In this document: positions 47,943-54,944 of the stretch, in pieces | How the letters are laid out: every line of letters starts with the position of its first letter | How positions within the stretch are numbered: position 1 is the first letter of the stretch | Assembly: GCA_965223265.1 (NCBI GenBank) | Contig: OZ244999.1 | Location: 8,000,001-8,064,000 of the forward strand | Length of the DNA: 64,000 nucleotides | From: Planctomycetota bacterium | GTDB taxonomy: Bacteria > Planctomycetota > UBA8108 > SXIK01 | Direction: 5' to 3' | Program-made: the position numbers and the translations under genes | The notes under the pieces: model-generated | Database searches by the model: none | What the model was told of the DNA's origin: nothing | What the model saw: the letters and a program-made list of their open reading frames with translations, nothing else

Positions 47943-48557
47943 ATGCCTTATCTGCGTTTTCTTGGGCTCACCGTGCTGATCTGTCTTCCTGGCTGCAAGT
48001 CGTTCGAGCCAGCGCTGTTCAACCACGGTGACGGGCTCCGGTCTCAGACCGTCTTAGTGGTTCCGTTCGCTGAGATTCACCAGGATCGCTGGTATTTAGA
48101 GTCGATCCGCGGCGCTCAGCTGGCGCGCAACCTACAGAAGTGGGCGGCGCGCAATGGCGACGCCGACTTCATGGACACAGGCGACGCGAGGCCGATACTC
48201 AACGCGATTCGGGACTGGACCGAGTCGGCGATCACTCGTCGCGACTGGCAGAAGCTGCTCGCTGGCGCCGAAGTCGACTACGTCGTCGTCGGAGACATTC
48301 TCGAGTGGCGTCCGCGGAGCGATCGCACGATCGGTCTCCTTGACGCATCGATTCGGGCGCATTACCGCGTCCTGGACGGCGCGACCGGGCGAGAAAAGTA
48401 CTTCGGAATCACGAACTTGCAGTTGGGGGGGCTCGACGACGACGCCGACATCCCCATGCTCGAAATGGGGAGCCATCAGCAGAAAGTGGAGGAGCGGCTG
48501 CTTGTAGGACTGGCCAGGAAGATCGGCCAGGAATTGTATGGATACTACCGGCACTGA
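47943..48557 (+). CDS. Lipoprotein (CsgG/LptE/LpoB-like alpha-beta fold, uncertain)
   Basis: Lipobox LPGC, VLVVPF, VDYVVVGDI, YRVLDGATG. Confidence 0.65.
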   Translation: MPYLRFLGLTVLICLPGCKSFEPALFNHGDGLRSQTVLVVPFAEIHQDRWYLESIRGAQLARNLQKWAARNGDADFMDTGDARPILNAIRDWTESAITRRDWQKLLAGAEVDYVVVGDILEWRPRSDRTIGLLDASIRAHYRVLDGATGREKYFGITNLQLGGLDDDADIPMLEMGSHQQKVEERLLVGLARKIGQELYGYYRH

Positions 48558-48839
48558 CGCTAAAATGGCAGAGGTGACGTTGTCTGAGCGTTTTCTCGGG
48601 CAGCGATCCAGACAACTCGAGAACTCTCTCGAGGCTCTATCCCTCCACACACTGAGTTGCGTCGTCGCCGGGGTTTCTCCGTGAGGCCTTGCCGGTAGCA
48701 GGTAGAGAAGTGGAGGCGCCAGAGTCTCGTCCCGAACGGTCGGGAGGTTTCGGGCGGGCCAGCCTCGTCGAAGCTTTCAGCTGATGGCCGCGGGGACCCT
48801 CGGTTTGGGCCATAGCCCAACGGTTTCCAAGGTGATGCC

Positions 48840-49112
48840 ATGCAGACGATTCTTCTCTCCTTTGCGTTCGCCCCTGGTCCGTTCGAACTGGTCGTGATTC
48901 TTTTGGTCGGGCTCTTGCTCTTTGGCAAGAGGCTCCCCGAAATCGCCCGGAATCTGGGCAAAGGCGTCGTCGAATTCAAGCGCGGTTTGAAGAACGTCGA
49001 GGACGAGATCGAGCACGCTGAATACACGCCGCCGCCCAAGAAGCTCTACCGGGACGACGAAACGGGCTCGCAGGCGCCGGCTAACGGACCGACGACCTCG
49101 TCCGACGGCTAG
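48840..49112 (+). CDS. tatA: Twin-arginine translocase TatA/E subunit
   Basis: PGPFELVVILLVGLLLFGKRLPEIARNLGKGVVEFKRGL. Confidence 0.92.
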   Translation: MQTILLSFAFAPGPFELVVILLVGLLLFGKRLPEIARNLGKGVVEFKRGLKNVEDEIEHAEYTPPPKKLYRDDETGSQAPANGPTTSSDG

Positions 49113-49151
49113 TCGTTTAGTCGTTACGCTGGTCTGGCGGTTTTTCCCGCG

Positions 49152-49874
49152 TTAGCGACCGACTCGTAACCGCTCGCCCAGGGCGAGCGGCAGCCCTGCC
49201 TTTTGCACCTTGTGGACGACCGAATCGATGTCGTAGCGGAAGCGGTGCAGTTTGACTTCGCGTGTTTCGGTATCGAAGGTGGCGCAGCAGGCACGAGGGT
49301 CGCGATCGCGGGGCTGGCCGACGCTGCCGACGTTGACGATGATCCGCGTTTCGTCGCGCACCTTGACGCTCTTCTCCAAGCTATAGGAGATGAAACTCTC
49401 TTGGATGAAGATAATTGGCACGTGAGAGTGGCCGATGAAGCAGACGGGTGCCTGCATCTGTGCCATGGAGAGGGACGCGTCATAGCTGGTTTGGACGTAG
49501 TCGAAGAGCTCAGGCGAGCACAACGCGCCATGGACGATGTCGAGGCCATCTAGATGGTGAAGGAGCGGCAAGGCTGACAAGTACTCGACTTCGGCGCTCG
49601 AGAGTTCGTTTCGCGTCCACAGGGTCGCTTCACGAGCCAGCAAGTTGAATGTTTCGATGCTGAGCTTGTCGGCGACCGCGAGATCATGATTCCCAGCGAC
49701 AACAAATTCGGCGACACTGCGAATTCGCTCGACGCAGCGCGCTGGCTCCGGGCCGTAGCCGACGATATCGCCCAAGCAAATGAATGAGTCGATAGACTCG
49801 CCCCTCAGCCCGTCGAGCACGGACTCGAGGGCGTCATAGTTGCCGTGGATGTCTGAGAGAATGGCGTAGCGCAC
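49152..49874 (-). CDS. Metallophosphoesterase (calcineurin-like)
   Basis: SDIHGN, GDIVGYG, GNHD, HG, GHSH, NVGSVGQPRD. Confidence 0.92.
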   Translation of the reverse strand: MRYAILSDIHGNYDALESVLDGLRGESIDSFICLGDIVGYGPEPARCVERIRSVAEFVVAGNHDLAVADKLSIETFNLLAREATLWTRNELSSAEVEYLSALPLLHHLDGLDIVHGALCSPELFDYVQTSYDASLSMAQMQAPVCFIGHSHVPIIFIQESFISYSLEKSVKVRDETRIIVNVGSVGQPRDRDPRACCATFDTETREVKLHRFRYDIDSVVHKVQKAGLPLALGERLRVGR

Positions 49875-50080
49875 AGGTCGCGGCTCGTCATTAATTGTGA
49901 AATATTTAGAACTTATGCACCAGGGGCTGGCGAACTTGCGGAGTCCGCGAGGCCTGCCTCAACTCAGCATACAACGCGAGCGGAGACGCAACAAAGGTGA
50001 CGAGGTTATCAACCTCAACGCCCGCTTTCTCCGTGGCACGATAATTGCTAAGGATTGTCTCGGTCCGAGCGAGTACGAGA

Positions 50081-51199
50081 TGTTCCACGTGGAACAAATG
50101 GTGCTCCGAGACCAAATGTTCCACGTGGAACAATCATCTCGTGGTCCGGGCGGAGGCTGTCTGAGCCAGTTCTCTGAGAATGTTCCACGTGGAACATTTG
50201 TTCTACGGACCGAAATGCCCGAGATGTTCCACGTGGAACAATTTGGGTTCTATCGCGAAACGGGTCGCGATTGTTCCACGTGGAACAATCCCTTTTCGCG
50301 ATGACGGCAGTATGTTCCACGTGGAACAATGGTGCTCCGAGACCAAAATGTTCCACGTGGAACAATCATCTCGTGTCCGGGTGTGGAGGCTGTCTGAGCC
50401 AGTTCTCTGAAAATGTTCCACGTGGAACAATGCATGTTCTACGGCCGAAACGCGCCCGAGATGTTCCACGTGGAACAATCTATTGCGAAACGGGTCGTGA
50501 TTGTTCCACGTGGAACATCGTTTTCGCGTAGGACGGCAGAGTGTCAGTTTTCCGGGATCACGTTCCACGTGGAACAAACGCGCAGTCATGTTCCACGTGG
50601 AACAATGGTGCTCCGAGCCCAAATGTTCCACGTGGAACAATCTCTTTTCGCGATGACGGCAGTATGTTCCACGTGGAACAATGAGCTACGCGCGCAGGCA
50701 TGGTTCCACGTGGAACCATGGTGCGCCGAGACCGAATGTTCCACGTGGAACAATCATCTCGTGTCCGGGGTGTGGGCGCGGTCTGAGCCAGTTCTCTGAA
50801 ATGTTCCACGTGGAACAATCCTTTTCGCGATGACGGCAGTATGTTCCACGTGGAACAATGAGCTACACGCGCAGGCATGGTTCCACGTGGAACCATGGTG
50901 CGCCAAGACCAAATGTTCCACGTGGAACAATCTCGTGTCCGGGGTGTGGGCGGTCTGAGCCAGTTCTCTGAAATGTTCCACGTGGAACAATGCGTGTTCT
51001 ACGGCGCAAAACGCCCGAGATGTTCCACGTGGAACAATGAGCCACGCGCGCAGGCATGTTCCACGTGGAACCATGGTGCGCCGAGATGTTCCACGTGGAA
51101 CATTTTCGTTTGCAGCGGACCTCGACTCTCTGGCAAATGTTCCACGTGGAACATCTTTGGTTCCCCCCGAACACAAACCTAGATGTTCCACGTGGAACA
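50081..51199. repeat. Dense array of 26 parS palindromes (TGTTCCACGTGGAACA) with recurring spacers
   Basis: Sites start at 50081, 50117, 50181, 50225, 50272, 50313, 50349, 50414, 50462, 50502, 50561, 50589, 50624, 50665, 50702, 50737, 50802, 50842, 50879, 50914, 50974, 51021, 51057, 51087, 51138 and 51184. They match the bacterial chromosomal parS consensus TGTTNCACGTGAAACA-like, and the array lies directly upstream of parAB. Confidence 0.95.
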
Positions 51200-51274
51200 C
51201 CTCTCCGGGTGGCTTGAAACGCGCCCTGAGCGCCACTAAGATCGAACCAGGCTGTTTCTCCAGGAGTTCCCGGA

Positions 51275-52039
51275 TTGGGCACCATCATCACGGTTGCGAG
51301 TCAGAAGGGCGGCGTTGGCAAGACCACGTCCGCCGTGAACCTAGCGGCGAGTCTCACCCTAGCCCACCAGGAAGTCTTGCTGGTGGACCTCGACCCCCAG
51401 GGCAACGCGTCGAGCGGCGTCGGCGTCGAGCCGGGCCGATCCCCGGTTTTGTCTCAGTCCTTGGGCGGGGATGGAGATCTGCGGCCGCTGGTTTCTCCGA
51501 CCTGTTTCGAGCACCTTTCGGTGCTCGCTTCGTCGGCCGAACTGTCGCACCTTGATTTGATCCACTCGGTACAGACGACCGGACTGCGGCGTTTTCGCGA
51601 TCAACTCGCGACACTCGCTGCGGACTTTGACTACGTCCTGCTCGACTGTCCTCCCTCGCTCGGCGGTTTGCCGACGATCGCGCTCGCCAGTTGTCGATGG
51701 GTTCTGATACCGATCCAGTGCGAGTACTACGCGATGGAGGGGTTAAGCCAGATATTGCCAATTATCAAAAAAATACAGAATGATATAAATCATGACTTAG
51801 AGATCGGAGGGCTGCTTTTGACCATGTACTCCGACGAATTGGAGCTCTCCCAAGATGTGTTGAGGGAAGTCAAGGGGTACTTCGGCGACCAAGTCTTCGA
51901 GAGCATCGTGCCGCGCGACGTCGTCTTGGCCGAAGCCTCAAGCCATGGTCAGCCGGTCTACTTCTATGCCCCGCTGTCGCGCGGCGCGTGGAGCTACATC
52001 GAACTCGCCAAGGAGGTGCTCGAACATGGGTGGGCGTAA
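51275..52039 (+). CDS. parA: Chromosome partitioning ATPase ParA/Soj
   Basis: Deviant Walker A QKGGVGKTT, DLDPQGN, DCPPSLG, PIQCEYYAMEGL. TTG start after AGGAG. Confidence 0.95.
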   Translation: MGTIITVASQKGGVGKTTSAVNLAASLTLAHQEVLLVDLDPQGNASSGVGVEPGRSPVLSQSLGGDGDLRPLVSPTCFEHLSVLASSAELSHLDLIHSVQTTGLRRFRDQLATLAADFDYVLLDCPPSLGGLPTIALASCRWVLIPIQCEYYAMEGLSQILPIIKKIQNDINHDLEIGGLLLTMYSDELELSQDVLREVKGYFGDQVFESIVPRDVVLAEASSHGQPVYFYAPLSRGAWSYIELAKEVLEHGWA

Positions 52040-52973
52040 ACTAGGACGCGGACTCGATCTTCTCATTCGAAAGCCTGCGGAGCCGCCTCCACCGCTTCCC
52101 GAAGAGACCCCACGAGTCGCCGAGGCGGGGTCGGGCGCGGCGGTCGAGAGCGACGAGTTTCAGCTCGTATCTGTCGACCCAAGAGCGGTGCGCGCGAATC
52201 CCGATCAGCCTCGTAAGCAGTTTGATGAAGAAGAGTTAGAGGCTCTCAAAGCGTCGATCTCGCAGGACGGGATCCTGCAGCCGCTTGTCCTGCGACGCGT
52301 CGACGACAGCTACGAGCTGATCGCCGGGGAGCGCCGCTTGCGCGCCGCACTCGAGCTCGACCTGCAGCGCGTTCCAGCAATGCTGACGGACTTCGACGAC
52401 GACCGCTTGCTCGAACTTGCTCTGGTCGAAAACATCCAACGCCAGGACTTGAACCCGATCGAAGTCGCCAAGGCCTACGCGCAGCTCATGGCGACGAAGA
52501 ACTGGACGCAGGAGGCGCTTGCCCGCTCCCTCGGCCTGTCGCGCTCAAGCGTTGCGAACTCTCTGCGTGTGCTGGACCTTCCGGAGGACATGCAGGTCTC
52601 ACTCGCAAAGTCGCAGATCAGCCCCGGGCACGCGAAGGTCCTGCTTTCCATCGACGAGGAAGAGCCGCGCCGCGAACTCTTCGAGCGCATCGCGGAGGAG
52701 CGCCTGACTGTCCGCGAGCTCGAGGAGGCCCGAGACGCCGCGCCGCAGCCAGCGCCTGCTGGCGTGGAGGCGAGCGTTCCCCCGTCGTCCCACCGTCCGC
52801 GTCCCCAGAAGAGGCGCGCCGACCTGCGACGCCTCGAAGAGGAGATGAGCGAAGCCATTGGGACGAAGGTGTCGATTCAGGAGCGCCGCGGCGGGCGCGG
52901 CAAAGTCACGGTGGAGTTTTACTCCGCAGACGACTTCGCCCGGATCCGCGAGCGCCTGACTGGCAGCGACTGA
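52026..52973 (+). CDS. parB: Chromosome partitioning CTPase ParB/Spo0J
   Basis: N-terminal LGRGL, NPDQPRKQF, GILQP, AGERRLRA, ENIQRQDL, HTH TQEALARSLGLSRSSVANSLRVL...GHAK. Confidence 0.96.
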   Translation: MGGRKLGRGLDLLIRKPAEPPPPLPEETPRVAEAGSGAAVESDEFQLVSVDPRAVRANPDQPRKQFDEEELEALKASISQDGILQPLVLRRVDDSYELIAGERRLRAALELDLQRVPAMLTDFDDDRLLELALVENIQRQDLNPIEVAKAYAQLMATKNWTQEALARSLGLSRSSVANSLRVLDLPEDMQVSLAKSQISPGHAKVLLSIDEEEPRRELFERIAEERLTVRELEEARDAAPQPAPAGVEASVPPSSHRPRPQKRRADLRRLEEEMSEAIGTKVSIQERRGGRGKVTVEFYSADDFARIRERLTGSD

Positions 52974-53073
52974 AGCGCGTTTCACGCCTTTTTTTCAGGG
53001 TCGAGGCAGCGTCGAGCCGGCGCCTGTGGAAGGTGAGCTCTGGTCTTTTTTGTCCATGCGTTCCGACCGAGTG

Positions 53074-53082
53074 TGTGGATAA
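53074..53082 (-). promoter_or_regulatory. Perfect DnaA box (TTATCCACA)
   Basis: TGTGGATAA on the + strand in the parB-tolC intergenic region; single copy. Confidence 0.45.
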
Positions 53083-53249
53083 TGTCCGGGCTCGAGCGCC
53101 CTCCAGGTGACCTTCGACGTCACCATTCGGTGCCGGACGGAGCTGCCCGTTTCCGCCCGAAATCCCGCAAGGGGCGTCGACACTAGCGCCCGACGCGCCA
53201 TCGCGCCTGGGCGAAAACACCTTGGACGAGAATCGGTTGCGTCGCCTAC

Positions 53250-54908
53250 ATGAAAGCTCTCTCGGTGCGTCTTTGTGGGTTTGTTCTCGCTTTTGCTGTG
53301 ACCGCCCGGACGGCCGCGGAGTCCGACGTTCCCGCGCCGTCGAACTCCACGGCGGAATCTGCGGCAGCAAATCCGGGTGGAAGTTCCGCAGCCACCCCGC
53401 CGGCCGCTGACAGCGACTCCCACAACGTCGAGCTGGCACTCGCCGAGGCGGTGCGCATCGCCGTCGAGCACAATCTCGACGTCAGACTGGCGCGGCTCGA
53501 CGATGCCATCGGTCAGCGCAGTGTGGTCATCGCGCGGTCGGCGTTCGACCCGTTTTTCAACGTCTCGGCGAGCTTCGCCAAGAATCGCGACCCCACGGTC
53601 TCGTTCCTGGACGTCGGTACTGGAGTTCAGGGCGTCACCGTCAACCCATCTGAGATCACCAGCTATTCGGCGGGGCTCAATGGCACATGGCTCACTGGGG
53701 CGACTTACCAGCTGCAGCTGCAGCAGAACGCTTTCGATCGCCCGGCCGCCGCCGCCGGTGGGATCACCCGGCTCAACCCGATCAATCGCACCGACGTCGT
53801 CGCTGACCTTCGCCAACCCCTTTTGAAAGGAGCTTGGTTCGGCGTCAACAGCGCGGAGATTCGTATTGCGCGCAACGATCTCGATTTGACCCGTTACGAA
53901 TTCGAGCGTTTGCTCGCCGACACCATCTACGAGGTCGAAGCAGGCTATTGGGAGCTCACGTTCGCCCTGCAGAACCTGGCCGCAACGCAGAGTTCTGTCG
54001 CCGTCTCAACGCAAAACCTCGACAACGCCCGGAAGAATCGCGAGGCGGGAAGGTATTCCGACAACGATGTCCGCATCGCCGAAAGCCAGCTCTATCTGCG
54101 CAAAGTCGAGTTTCAAGAGGCGGAGCTGCTGGCGGCGAACGCACGGGATGCGCTGCTCAATCGCATCAACTACGCTGGCGAGATCTCGCTCCGTCAGCGC
54201 CGCAGCAGCGGTGATCGGCGCGGCTCGTACGACCACCTGCGTGTGCGGTGCACCACGGAGCCGAGCCTCGAGATGCCGCAGCTCGACCCTGATGCGGCAG
54301 TCGCCCTGGCGTTCGAGCTGCGCCCGGAGTACCGCCAGCTTGCGACCCGCATTGGTACGCAATCGATCCGCCTCGAGGTGGCGCGCAGCGAGCTTCTCCC
54401 GGCCCTCGATATCTTCGGACGCTGGACTCAGCTCGGAATGGAGGAGACCTACGACGATGCCTACCGGAGCCTAGGTCGAGGGAACTTCTACGACTGGCTC
54501 GTCGGGGTTGAAATGTCGGTGCCGCTGTCAAACCGCGGCCCGCGCAGCCGATACCGCAATGCCCGCAGCGAAAATGTGAAGCTCTACCTCGAGCGTCAGG
54601 CACTCGAGAATTCGATCGTCCTCGAGGTCGATCTCGCCGCTCGGACCCTGCGGAATCTCCGCGACCGCTCGATCGACTTGGACGCCCAGGTACAGGTCCA
54701 AGCACAGCTCCTGGCGGACGAGCGGAGCAATCTTGCGGCTGGCCGCACGATTCCCTACGCCGTCACGGTGGTGGAGAACGACCTCGTCGCGAGTCGCACG
54801 GCAGCACTTCGAGCCAAGGCGGATCTTGAGATCGCCAAGGCGGACTATTATCGCGCCACGGGGCAGCTTCTGCGGCGCTACGGCATCGTCGTCCTCGAGA
54901 GCGACTGA
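53250..54908 (+). CDS. TolC family outer membrane protein
   Basis: LALAEAVRIAVEHNL, LRQPLLKG, VEAGYWEL, RPEY, ELLPALD, MSVPL; signal peptide. Confidence 0.88.
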   Translation: MKALSVRLCGFVLAFAVTARTAAESDVPAPSNSTAESAAANPGGSSAATPPAADSDSHNVELALAEAVRIAVEHNLDVRLARLDDAIGQRSVVIARSAFDPFFNVSASFAKNRDPTVSFLDVGTGVQGVTVNPSEITSYSAGLNGTWLTGATYQLQLQQNAFDRPAAAAGGITRLNPINRTDVVADLRQPLLKGAWFGVNSAEIRIARNDLDLTRYEFERLLADTIYEVEAGYWELTFALQNLAATQSSVAVSTQNLDNARKNREAGRYSDNDVRIAESQLYLRKVEFQEAELLAANARDALLNRINYAGEISLRQRRSSGDRRGSYDHLRVRCTTEPSLEMPQLDPDAAVALAFELRPEYRQLATRIGTQSIRLEVARSELLPALDIFGRWTQLGMEETYDDAYRSLGRGNFYDWLVGVEMSVPLSNRGPRSRYRNARSENVKLYLERQALENSIVLEVDLAARTLRNLRDRSIDLDAQVQVQAQLLADERSNLAAGRTIPYAVTVVENDLVASRTAALRAKADLEIAKADYYRATGQLLRRYGIVVLESD

Positions 54909-54944
54909 CACCGCGCGTGCTGCGTTTCACACGGCGGCAGCCGC

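Noticed and set aside
50081-51199. CRISPR array interpretation of the repeat-spacer pattern
   Set aside because: The repeat is only 16 bp and matches parS. Spacers recur and vary from 12 to 49 bp, no cas genes are present, and parAB is adjacent.
49897-51555. Many short ORFs with MFHVEQ/MFHVEH, CSTWN and VPRGT repeats
   Set aside because: These are translations of the parS palindrome in different frames on both strands, not proteins.
52974-52996. Possible terminator after parB (GCGT-TTC-ACGC then T7)
   Set aside because: The stem is only about 4 bp, too weak to call.
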